Positions 10,594 through 20,255 are shown, counted from the first letter of the stretch. The stretch: 33,898 nt of DNA from Octopus bimaculoides (GCF_001194135.2 NC_069007.1:22240902-22274799); one strand, 5' to 3'. Translations and numbers: made by a program. The notes: generated from the sequence alone by a model not told the origin.

Positions 10594-11101
10594 GTAATTA
10601 GGATAAGACATTGTTAATATTCTTTGTAGTTGATGTTGTTGGTGTTGTAAACAGATTCACAGATGTATACACACACATATATACAGGGACACACACACAC
10701 ACACACATACAGTGGACTCTCACACAAACCACATTCACATAGGCACATAGACACATACACACACACACATAAACACATAGAGACATGGCTGTCACTACAG
10801 ATACCTGATGATTGCGTAATGCATGGAAGTACTAGTTTTATCACAATAAATATATAATATCCTATTATTATAATGTAAAATTGTAAGAACTGTAAATAAT
10901 GAAATGTGAAAATCAGACAAGGTTGGAATTTCATTGATTTATATATTCTTCTATACACAATCATACAAACTCAGATTTCCTTCCCTGAGTGTCTTTTAAT
11001 AGTCTGCATGTACCATGTCCTCGCGTTTTTGTTTTTTCTTCTGTTTTTTCCTTGTTTTTTGTTTGGATTATATATATATATATGTATATATACACACACA
11101 G

Positions 11102-11186
11102 GTGTACTGTATGCAGCTGCTTTCACCTGTGTCAACATTGCTTCAACACATCAGTCCATGAGGAGCATCAGTTCAAGTTTAGACAG
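11102..11186 (+). CDS. ZSWIM2: ZSWIM2 exon 5 (ZZ zinc finger)
   Basis: CTVCSCFHLCQHCFNTSVHEEHQFKFRQ. cacAG acceptor, CAG|GTGAGT donor, phase 2 to 0. Confidence 0.95.
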
Positions 11187-11202
11187 GTGAGTATGAAAGT
11201 AT

Positions 11203-11545
11203 GCATATACTAGGAATGGGTAGTTTTGAAGAAACATGCAAATGTTGGCCATTATGCTGTGCTTGAGAAGACCTTTCAAACCTAGTGAAATTGTAGCCAT
11301 GGTCGATGCCAGTGCCGTGTAACTGGCACCTGTGCCAGTGGCATGTAAAATGCACTGTTCGAACGGTGGGCCTCATGGAGGTGGTGGCAAGTGACCAAGA
11401 CCTTTGGCAATGTACTGTCAACCCAAATGAGATCATAATCATGGCTGATGGAACCTGGTGCAACTCCCCAGTTTACCAGTTTCGGGCAAACTGTCCAACC
11501 CATGCCAGCATGGAAGACGGACGTTAAATGATGATGGTGATGATG
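11203..11545 (+). mobile_element. SINE family D with RTE-like tail, diverged copy
   Basis: Ends AACCCATGCCAGCATGGAAGACGGACGTTAAATGATGATG, the same tail as 30427-30652 and 33604-33898. Confidence 0.7.
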
Positions 11546-11952
11546 GACTCTCCTGTCAAAGACAACATATGAGCATTCAGCTTTTGCTTAATGACCTGCA
11601 CAAAGGATTGATTTGTACTGATCAAATGGATGTGATCTACATTAGCTCACTCTCGCTCCATCAAATCGACATTGCTTGAACATGTCGCAGATATAAGCAT
11701 TCCAACCATGACCATCTAATCTATGACTACCTCTTCAATGTATCCTTCCCTTTCTTAAGATGGTAGGGTGTGATATGAAATAGGGAGTGAAATGGCTGTT
11801 GCTTTTAATTAGTTGAATGATCTCACATACTATTTGTTTTATGCTCTGTAGCTATGACAGTGACTGACCTCCCAACCTTTTTACTTTGTAACATTGACCT
11901 TTGACCCTTGTACTTTATAGCAACAACCAACAATTTACTGTCTCCATTACAG

Positions 11953-12080
11953 AGGAGAGCACAGAGGTGGAAGGTGGCTGAAAGGAGTTTTAATTACTCC
12001 CTACCTGAGGCCCTGATCAAGAATTTGATGAGACGTGAGCTGAAAGATGATGACTATGAAAGTCTTCTTCAGTTAGACAG
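11953..12080 (+). CDS. ZSWIM2: ZSWIM2 exon 6
   Basis: RRAQRWKVAERSFNYSLPEALIKNLMRRELKDDDYESLLQLD(S), with the RELxxxDYExLLQLD motif typical before RING-H2 domains. ttacAG acceptor, AG|GTAAGT donor. Confidence 0.93.
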
Positions 12081-12180
12081 GTAAGTTAGACAGGTAAAAA
12101 TGTCTTTAAATAAACTAGTATGTGAGATAGGTTAAGAGAACTTCTGGTAGACTGTTATTGTGAACATTTTTATTTTGCAG

Positions 12181-12349
12181 TGAAGAGTTCACACAGTTCG
12201 ACTCCCTCTCAGAGAAAATCATAGAGTCCCTGCCCCTCGAGACCGTAACAGAGGACAGTGTCCTGCTATCCACTGGGGCACAGTGTCACATCTGTCTCAG
12301 GCCCTTCCAGGTATCAACACTGGTGCGGAGACTGCCATGTAGACACAAG
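12181..12349 (+). CDS. ZSWIM2: ZSWIM2 exon 7 (RING2 start)
   Basis: EEFTQFDSLSEKIIESLPLETVTEDSVLLSTGAQCHICLRPFQVSTLVRRLPCRHK. ttttgcAG acceptor after a 100-nt intron, AAG|GTAAGT donor. Confidence 0.95.
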
Positions 12350-12778
12350 GTAAGTGGTTGGACTCTTCTCAACACGGTTGTGGAGGGGCAACGAAACCAT
12401 TTTTTGGAAAGCTATGAGGAACAAAATTAAGGTTTGTGAATTATCCCCAACTCCTCCCTCAAGGAGTTTATTACAATGAATCCCAATACGACTGTAATCT
12501 TCACCATCTGAAATATATTTTTAGAAACTTTCATTAATAAACATCCATTTTTGAGAAAGTTACGAGGAAACAAATTCAGTGGGGCACATTTCTGTAGTTA
12601 TGCCCTAAATTTTCTGACCAAGGTTAAACAACAGCAATAAAAAGAACAACAAAAACAACCACCACAATTACAGCATTCTCTTTGTGTACCATAATAACTC
12701 CTGTCCATCTCTCTCCTCTACATCAAGACTCTCATCTATTCACCATTAACGTCACAATAATCCTGTGTAACTTTTCAG

Positions 12779-12891
12779 TTCCATCGTGAATGCATTGACA
12801 ACTGGCTCCTCCATTCTCGTTCTGTGTGTCCCGTTGATGGCACAAATGCTTGGAATGCTAATGCTGTCTTGAAGAAAAATAACCAAAAATG
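12779..12891 (+). CDS. ZSWIM2: ZSWIM2 exon 8 (RING2 end)
   Basis: FHRECIDNWLLHSRSVCPVDG matches ZSWIM2 FHRKCIDNWLFHKCNSCPIDG. ttttcAG acceptor, TG|GTAAGA donor. Confidence 0.95.
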
Positions 12892-12959
12892 GTAAGAATA
12901 TTTACTTTTGTTATCGTAGTGTAGCTTCAAGTCAATCCAGTTGTGACCATCTTATCTTA

Positions 12960-13249
12960 TACACGAATGGGCTGAAAAGTTCATAGGCTGGCTATGGAGG
13001 AGTGATGCTAGAGCTGTGAGATCTTGCATGCATTAATTTAAACTCTTCTTATTAATAGCTGCATTGTTTCTTTCCAGGTAAACTGACATCTGACTGTTCA
13101 AAGAAGACTTCAAAAATAACAAATAATGACTTCTCTTGAAAACTGACAAACTTTGGCATCGTGATGTTATCAAGTATCAGCAGAAAAAGGGTTTAGCCCC
13201 CAATGGTAGACATGCTGACATGGTTGCTACATTAAGGGATGAAAATCCA
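12960..13249 (+). mobile_element. 5' end of a Mariner (Tc1/mariner) element with decayed transposase N-terminus
   Basis: TA + TACACGAATGGGCTGAAAAGTTC (mariner-type TIR). 13142-13249 translates TDKLWHRDVIKYQQKKGLAPNGRHADMVATLRDENP, resembling the mariner N-terminal HTH; no intact ATG. Confidence 0.75.
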
Positions 13250-13381
13250 TATCTTTTGAAACTGAAGATGGCACTGTATTTAAATTGATGTAATGCTTGC
13301 ATTGTTCCATTAAATGGAACCACTTGAAACGGTTGTATTGCATTAATACCTGATATCCTGTTACTTATTTGATTTTATATA

Positions 13382-13471
13382 NNNNNNNNNNNNNNNNNNN
13401 NNNNNNNNNNNNNNNNNNNNNNNNNNNNNNNNNNNNNNNNNNNNNNNNNNNNNNNNNNNNNNNNNNNNNNN
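13382..13471. other. Assembly gap (N run) in ZSWIM2 intron 8
   Basis: 90 N flanked by (TA)n. Confidence 1.
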
Positions 13472-13493
13472 TATATATATATATATATATATG

Positions 13494-13626
13494 ATGGGCT
13501 TCTTTCAGTTTCTGTCTACCAAATCCACTCACAAGGCTTTGTTCAGCCCAAAGCTGTAGAAGACATTTGCCCAAGGTGTCCCGCAGTGGGACTGAACCCA
13601 GAACCATGTGGTAGGGAAGCAAGCTT
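13494..13626 (-). mobile_element. SINE family A head (ZSWIM2 intron 8)
   Basis: GGGCTTCTTTCAGTTTC..CCAAATCCACTCACAAGGCTTTG..GGGACTGAACCCAGAACCATGTGG. Confidence 0.9.
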
Positions 13627-13719
13627 TTGTGTGTGTGTGTGTTGATAGTGTTGGTGGTGGTGGTGATGTTAATAATGATGATGATGATGATGATAGTAGT
13701 TATTACTTTTCTGTTACAG

Positions 13720-13920
13720 CCAAAGCAAGAAGAAAGAACCTCCAACAACAGAAGAGTTATCTCTGAATATTTCAGGACTTGCCATTTATCCTGAAAGCCA
13801 GCACAAGTTGGGCCTGGGAAAAACTAAAAAGACAGTAACCACGGCAACAAAGTCATTGAAGGTCGGTGACACAGACAATGGCCTGTCTCTTGCAGGAATC
13901 ACCATCAGGTCGGTCAACAG
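13720..13920 (+). CDS. ZSWIM2: ZSWIM2 exon 9
   Basis: Open 201 nt, phase 2 to 2, QSKKKEPPTTEELSLNISGLAIYPES...; the ELSLNISGLAI segment parallels vertebrate EPDLFIPGTGL. gttacAG acceptor, AG|GTGAGA donor. Confidence 0.85.
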
Positions 13921-14013
13921 GTGAGATTCTGTGGTTTCATTCCTGGTTTTGTTTTCATTCAATTATTTTGCAATTATTACGGCAGAGGTCTTCATTTTAT
14001 CTCCAATAATAAG

Positions 14014-14158
14014 TGAAGGCATGGCTGTGTGGTAAGAAGGTTGCTCCCCAACCTCATGGTTTCAGGTTCAGTCCCTTCTACTAAAGCCTCAGGCCAACCA
14101 AAGCCTTGTGAGTGGATTTGGTTAATGGAAACAGAAACAAGTCCATAGTATATATACA

Positions 14159-14235
<77 letters not shown>

Positions 14236-14490
14236 TGTGTGTGTGTGTGTGTGTGAGTGTGTGTTTATGTCTGTGTTTGACCCCCACCACAACTTGACAC
14301 CCAGAGTTGGTGTACCAACATTTCTGTAACTTAGCAGTACAGCAAAAAATGACTAACAGAATAAGTCCCAGGCTTAAAAAAACAAACAAACAAGTACTGG
14401 AGTCAATTCATTTGACTGAAATTCTTCAAGGCAGTGCCCCAGCATGGCCACAGTTCAATGACTGAAATGAGTAAAAGATAAAAGACAGAA
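14014..14490 (+). mobile_element. SINE family A, full length with internal (GT)n (14163-14245)
   Basis: Head, long (GT)n, core CTTGACA..GTAACTTAGC and tail CAGCATGGCCACAG..ATGACTGAAA. Confidence 0.9.
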
Positions 14491-14523
14491 GAATAATAGC
14501 AATTTGAGTTCTTATTTCTCATG

Positions 14524-14612
14524 TGAAGGCACATGGCTTAGTGGTTAGGGTATCCAGCTCACAATCATCAGGTTGTGAGTTCAATTCCCAGCTGATGCCA
14601 CCAACACTACTG
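14524..14612 (+). mobile_element. SINE family C tRNA-like head only
   Basis: GTGAAGGCACATGGCTTAGTGGTTAGGG..GAGTTCAATTCCC (A-box and B-box-like). Confidence 0.65.
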
Positions 14613-14678
14613 TTGCCATTACCACCACCACCACCATCAGTTCAATTATTTAATTTTCTTTTCTTCTTCTTTTCAAAG

Positions 14679-14821
14679 AAATTCTTCATCAACCCAGAGA
14701 TCTTCTGGTAATTCCAACAAACTGCTGAATGGTGCCAATGGGGACGTCTGCCCATCAAACAGAAAACCCAACAGTGCACTGTCCTCCCGTCGTAGGTCAC
14801 TTGTTCTACCACCTCTTAGAG
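14679..14821 (+). CDS. ZSWIM2: ZSWIM2 exon 10
   Basis: Open 143 nt, phase 2 to 1, NSSSTQRSSGNSNKLLNG...RRRSLVLPPLR. Long pyrimidine tract with an AAG acceptor, G|GTAATT donor. Support is phase consistency; the region is low-conservation. Confidence 0.75.
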
Positions 14822-15509
14822 GTAATTCCATGAATCTGTTTCCTTAGCTTTATACTGCAAACAGAGGCGGGAGACTGATGAGGAGGCAATAATCCAGTTT
14901 TCATGTTTCCCTCTATAATTGACATTTACAAAAGATACCCCTAAGCCCAATTTAAAACAGTTTACAACAAGTTCCAAGTAGACGACCAGTGGTATGGGCC
15001 ACATGTTCCACTTGAAACATGTTGGGTAGGGTCCATGGGGAATTTTATGATCTACTGTTGTTTCAGTTAAGAGTAAATTTACATGTGATGGCTCATAAAG
15101 CAGTCCTTAATGAATAAAGTGGTGAGGGTCACCTCCAGAGAAAAGGTTATTTACAACTACTTTTGGAAGTCCTTGTTCTATGAAAACGTAGGGAAAGTTA
15201 CTCTTTAGATGAGGGGGCAGAGAACCCCCTCACCTGTATTGAAATTTAAAATTGTCAGCTGACGAAGACAAAAAATTTAAATCTTCATGTTCCACTTGGA
15301 ACATGTGGAGTAGGGTCCATGGAGATTTTTAGGAGCTTCTGTTGTAGTTAAAATTTCTAAAAAGAATGGAATAGTGCTAGACATAGTGTTATAACAAACA
15401 ATAACAAACAAACTGACAACAATTATAAAATGTAATTCATTTTTTCCTGAATCTCTATTATTATTATTATTATTATTATTATTACTGTTTGTGTAAATTC
15501 CTGTGGCAG

Positions 15510-15598
15510 TGAGAAAGAAAATCTTAAGACATTCAGCAAATTCCATTTCTAAATCTGGCAAGAACTCTGGCAACAGTGGAATTGGTAAAATTCTTCAG
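15510..15598 (+). CDS. ZSWIM2: ZSWIM2 exon 11
   Basis: Open 89 nt, phase 1 to 0, VRKKILRHSANSISKSGKNSGNSGIGKILQ. gtggcAG acceptor, CAG|GTGAGT donor. Confidence 0.75.
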
Positions 15599-16161
15599 GT
15601 GAGTCAGTTACCAACTGAATAACATTAGTCTCTAACCCTAACCACTAAGAACACTAATTTGGGGGAGGGATGAGTAGATCAAATTAAATCAATGTAAGTA
15701 ATTAACTGATGATTATTTGAGCTGTGTGACGAGAAGCTCGTTTGCTAAGCGCGTGGCTGCAGACACACGCTTGTATATGTGTGTGTGAGTGTGTATGTAT
15801 ATGTGTGTGTGTGAGTGTGTATGTATATGTGTGTGTGTGAGTGTGTATGTATATGTGTGTGTGTGAGTGTGTATGTATATATGTCATCATCATCATCATC
15901 ATCATTATTATGTAAGATCTTTTTCTTATTTGCAAGAGAGCATATGATATGATATTTTCATATAATCCATTTTCTACTTTTTAGCTGTCCTAGTAGTTAT
16001 AGATAGCTCCATTTCACCCTTCTTTTGGGCTCATAATCAGTACAACATAGTTTGAGATCATGGAATTAGTTGGTTTGTATTCCTAGATAAAAGAACAGCA
16101 ATCGTTTAATGAAACATAGATAAAGATAAGACATGTTGTCTCTCTTATATTCTCATTTCAG

Positions 16162-16365
16162 CCCTTTTGTCACCTGGTTTTGACTGATAAAACAGAGCCT
16201 GAGAATGAAAATATACGACTGAGGAGCAACCTGCTTGAAGGGCAATATGTAGATGAACTTCGTCCTTCACCATTGAATGATAAAACAACTAAATCTCACA
16301 AGAAACAATTGATTAAAGATGAAGATTTACATCTGCAAGGTTCAGGAGTTAGCTGTCTCTTGTGA
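16162..16365 (+). CDS. ZSWIM2: ZSWIM2 terminal exon 12 (stop TGA 16363-16365)
   Basis: catttcAG acceptor, phase 0, PFCHLVLTDKTEPENENIRLRSN...DEDLHLQGSGVSCLL*. The end resembles vertebrate ELSLIIEGVQL*. Joined CDS is 1884 nt = 627 aa, close to the vertebrate length. AATAAA at 16662. Confidence 0.8.
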   Translation, partial: PFCHLVLTDKTEPENENIRLRSNLLEGQYVDELRPSPLNDKTTKSHKKQLIKDEDLHLQGSGVSCLL

Positions 16366-16371
16366 TTGCTG

Positions 16372-16446
16372 TGTATGCATGTGTATGTGTGTGTGTGTGT
16401 GTGTGTGTGCATGCATACATTCATAATTACACACATACACACCTGC

Positions 16447-16486
<40 letters not shown>

Positions 16487-16600
16487 TTGCATGTATAGAT
16501 GCATATATCCATACACACACATGCACATACATACATATATATATATGCACACACACATAAATGCATACATACAAACATATATACTCACACAAATTTGCTA
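16372..16600. repeat. Compound (GT)/(TA)/(CA) microsatellite in the ZSWIM2 3' UTR
   Basis: Begins within about 10 nt of the stop codon; read directly. Confidence 0.9.
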
Positions 16601-17108
16601 AACCTTTACAAATGTAATGATTGTTGTCTTTCTCTTTCAATTAAAAAGCAAAACAAAAGGAAATAAAAATAAAAAGATCAGCAATATACTGTATAAGGAT
16701 TGTTATTATTATTATTATTAGTAGTAGTAGTAGTAGTACTTACATATTCAGGCCTTGTGCCTTTTGTAGAAAGAACTATTATTACTTATATAACCATGAA
16801 ATATATAAGCAATTTATAATAAACTTCACCAGAAATACCAATATTCCACTTGATACTTTATATCAGACAACACCAGACAAAAGACACACATAAAAAAAAC
16901 AAAAACAAAAACACCAATATTTTATGATCTTTTGATATTTTTGCTAGATTTCTTTAATTTTGTTTTTTATGTCCATTTTTAAAAACCAATAAATCAGTTC
17001 CACAATAAAGGCGTTCAAACATTTTGGAATATAAATCTATTGTTTTAAGAAAGGAATAAAAAGAATTGCCTGGTTAATGCAGATCTCGTTCTTGTTTTCT
17101 TTATATCT

Positions 17109-17283
17109 TTACCTCCACCAAGGAAGGAGGTTAAGTTTTCATCAGCGTTGGTTTGTCTGTCTGTCCGTCTGTGTGCAAAATAACTCAAAAAGTTGTGAAT
17201 GGTTTTTGATGAAACTTGCAGGGAAAGTTGGTAATGACACAAGGAGCAGATGATGAAATGTTGGTAGCGACCCGGAAATTTTT
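17109..17283. mobile_element. Helentron/HINE (DINE-1-like) non-autonomous element end
   Basis: TTACCTCCACCAAGGAAGGAGGTTAAGTTTTC + (GTCT)n + ATAACTCAAAAAGTT..GATGAAACTTG, the classic HINE terminus layout. Confidence 0.6.
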
Positions 17284-17317
17284 ATGGATTCTTGAAGGAT
17301 TTTTCATTTGTTATATT

Positions 17318-17482
17318 AAGATTGGTATTTATGCAGTGTGTTACATATCCTAGGGCCCCAATAATTACAGGTATGAACCTGAACTTGTAACCTGGATAGA
17401 GTAACTGCAGATTTCTCAATAGTTCAGCATAGGTATTCGCTTTTTCAGTAATCCTTGTATTCCAGTATCTGTCACTTTTCAA
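17318..17482 (-). mobile_element. REL-type non-LTR retrotransposon C-terminal fragment
   Basis: RITEKANTYAELLRNLQLLYPGYKFRFIPVIIGALGYVTHCINTNL has the EKxxxY..L......F.PVIIGALG REL motif. Confidence 0.8.
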
Positions 17483-17650
17483 TGATTAGCAGATGAGCGA
17501 AGGATTTTTGGATAAATTTTTCAGAAATAACCCAATAAGTTTACTATTAACTCCGTGAAATATTCACGGGTCCCGCTAAACAAAGACCACCAGTCAGTGG
17601 AAGTTGTCTCTCTTGGATCCAACAGAGTCAACTCCCTTGAAACCTCAAAA

Positions 17651-17704
17651 ATGGCTGAATTTCAAAAACGTGTTTTTCACAATCTTCGCGTATTTATTTC
17701 TTCT
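17651..17704 (+). CDS. MBIP: MBIP coding exon 1
   Basis: aaaaATGGCT start, MAEFQKRVFHNLRVFISS, donor TCT|GTAAGT. CpG-richer context; phase fits exon 2. Confidence 0.75.
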
Positions 17705-18069
17705 GTAAGTACAACTAACACTTGTCGTTATTTTGGGAGTTAATCTTTAACGTAAACGTGCAAAGTGTAGCACATTTATTTCTTTTTAATTACTGTATTT
17801 CCAATTAAAATATCAACAAATTATGTTTATCAACTGACGTCGTAATTATTTTATAAACATTCGAGAAATAATCGAAGTTCATCAAATAAAGCGATAACTA
17901 ATATCGTGTAAATATTGCGTTGAAAGACCGTTTTGGATAGAAACAACATTAAAGGTTGCCCAACGCCTGTCATGTCTACAGGAGATGTGGGTTCGAGTCC
18001 TACCAACAGCCTTCAACGTTTTCGATCCAAAAGCGTTTTTCAACGTAATGTTTATCTGTTATCTCTAAT

Positions 18070-18565
18070 TCGTTTCAGTCACTAGACTGCGGCCACGCAG
18101 GGGCATGCCTTGAAGAATAGTAAGCGAAGGTCAAGAATACGCACACCCGGTGTTTGGAGTTAGGGTTACGCCGAAAACGGGTGGTGTGCGTATTCTTGAC
18201 CTCCGCCGAATTTTAGTTGAATGGATCGACCAGTCCTTCTTTGTTTTTAAAGCCTAGTACTTATTCTATCACTGGCTTTTTGGCGAACCGCTACATTACG
18301 GAGATGTAAACGAACCGATAGTGGTTGTCAAGCGGTAGTGGTGGTGGTTGTGGGGGGACAAACACAGACATAAAGGCATATATATATATATATACATACA
18401 CATGTAGGACGGACTTCTTTCAGATGCTGTCTACGAAATCCTCTCACAAGAAGGCTTTGGTCTGTCCGAGACGATAGTAAAAGATACTTTCTCAAGATGT
18501 GTCATGCAGTAGGATTGAGCTCCGAACCATGTGGTTTAAAAGCAAACTTCTTACCACGCAGTTAT
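18070..18565 (-). mobile_element. SINE family A, full length, interrupted by a palindromic insert at 18119-18207
   Basis: Tail TTTCAGTCACTAGACTGCGGCC, core TTACGGAGATGTAAAC, head GAACCATGTGG..CTTCTTACCAC. Confidence 0.85.
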
Positions 18566-18664
18566 TTATAGCTTTTTGAACGCACACACTTATATACGCA
18601 CATGTCTCTATAACAACATACATACACTTGTATACACAAACTTATTAAGAAATATCCGTTGCAG

Positions 18665-18781
18665 GTAATCAAAGACCAGAGAGTGGTGACTGACAGTCTT
18701 GACCATTGCTTACTCTCTGCTCCTGGTATACCAAAGGAACGTTTTGTACCAGCATTGGACCATTTAGTAAACCAGTTAACT
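18665..18781 (+). CDS. MBIP: MBIP exon 2
   Basis: VIKDQRVVTDSLDHCLLSAPGIPKERFVPALDHLVNQLT. ccgttgcAG acceptor, ACT|GTAAGT donor, phase 0 to 0. Confidence 0.8.
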
Positions 18782-18811
18782 GTAAGTATCAACAGAAAAA
18801 CTATACTGCTT

Positions 18812-18925
18812 AGTGGTTAGGGTGTTGGACTCACGATTGTAAGATTGTGGTTTCAATTCCTGGACCAGGCGATGTGTTGTGTTCTTGAGCAAAACACTTC
18901 ATTTCATGTTGTTCCAGTCCACTTG
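18812..18925 (+). mobile_element. SINE family C head
   Basis: TAGTGGTTAGGGTGTTGGACTCACG..GGTTTCAATTCCTGGACCAGGC..GAGCAAAACACTTCATTTCATGTTG. Confidence 0.8.
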
Positions 18926-18949
18926 ACACACACATATATNNNNNNNNNN

Positions 18950-19012
<63 letters not shown>

Positions 19013-19057
19013 TGTAGATATATACGACTAGTACCACTTCTGCTATTTGTTTTCCAG

Positions 19058-19303
19058 AAAATCAAAAGTGAATTAGAAACCATAAAGTACGACACTCCGA
19101 CTGTGATGGAAGAGATTCCGTCTTCTGACAATGGTGATGCATATACAGAGATACCCCAGGCAGCTTCACAGACAAGCCAAGAAGCCATAATGCCTCCACA
19201 GTCTGCCTCCGGAGGTCAAGAGATTGAGTTGGAGGTTGATTCTTCCATGAGAAAATCCTGCATTGATAAAAATTTAATCCAAATCACAGCAAATAAAGCT
19301 GAG
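19058..19303 (+). CDS. MBIP: MBIP exon 3
   Basis: KIKSELET...DKNLIQITANKAE matches MBIP DPEVVQIKAGKAE. tttccAG acceptor, GAG|GTAATA donor. Confidence 0.92.
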
Positions 19304-19477
19304 GTAATACTTTTATTTCTAGTTTTGATTGTTGTTTAACCTTCCAGCATGCAGATTTCTCTGTCAAATGTAATCCTTATTTATTCACATTCTCTTGAAT
19401 TAATCATGTATTATCTTGTAGCTTTGAGAGTTCAATGATGTTAGTCTATACTTCTAGAATAACATTGTAGGATAGGT

Positions 19478-19832
19478 GTGAGAGGGGGGTCCACACAACA
19501 AAATAGTAAACTGGAGATTCACAAAAGTATTTTAAGGGTCTCTGACAAAAAATGTTTTTTGTTTTTTCCTTGGAATAGCATTGGTGGTGCAGAAGGGGAG
19601 GCTGACATGCATGGGCGACTGGTGGTCTGTATTGGTATGTGTTGCAAGAAACAGCTAGGTTTCTTTCTCTAACATTTTACATAAGTTCAACCTACACAAA
19701 TTAATAAATGGGAAAACATTGATAAATACCTTTCTATAAAACTCGGTTTTAAACATCGAATGACTGTAGGGTCCACTTGAATAAAATAGTAATCAAAGGG
19801 GTCCCTAGATAAAAAAAAAAATGGTTGAGAAC
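19478..19832. mobile_element. hAT-type MITE
   Basis: Homology to 8260-8477 over about 200 nt; ends ATGGTTGAGAAC. Confidence 0.65.
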
Positions 19833-20158
19833 AAAAGAGCTAGTTATAAAACACTCGAGTTATTTCCCTTCGCTAACTTTTTATTTTTTTGCAGTTTTAC
19901 ACTTTACTCTTGGCTGAAATTCTACATAACTTTAAAAAAACTGAATTCTAAATAACATAACCCTTTTGATACAAATCTTCCCCAAACTGCCCTTTGTTTT
20001 TATGATACAAACTTCCTATTTTAAAGTGATCTAAATGAAAGCCTTCCATGTCTCTTCCTTCTTTGTTTCTCTCCCTTTCCTTCGGTATATATTTCTCTCT
20101 CTATCTTTTGTTATACATTTTCCTCTATTATACATTTCACCCTGATCTCTTCTGACAG

Positions 20159-20255
20159 ATAGACAGGCGGATTGCTGCTTTCATTGAACAGAAAAGGTTG
20201 GACGTTGATGAAGAGAACAAACGGGAATTTTGCTCAGAATTCTTTCCATATCACA
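20159..20255 (+). CDS. MBIP: MBIP exon 4
   Basis: IDRRIAAFIEQKRLDVDEENKREFC matches MBIP IDRRISAFIERKQAEINENNVREFC. Phase 0 to 1. Confidence 0.95.

Noticed and set aside
14875-14900. CTGATGAG as a hammerhead or C/D-box core
   Set aside because: No helix II plus GAAA downstream, and no terminal stem or C box found.
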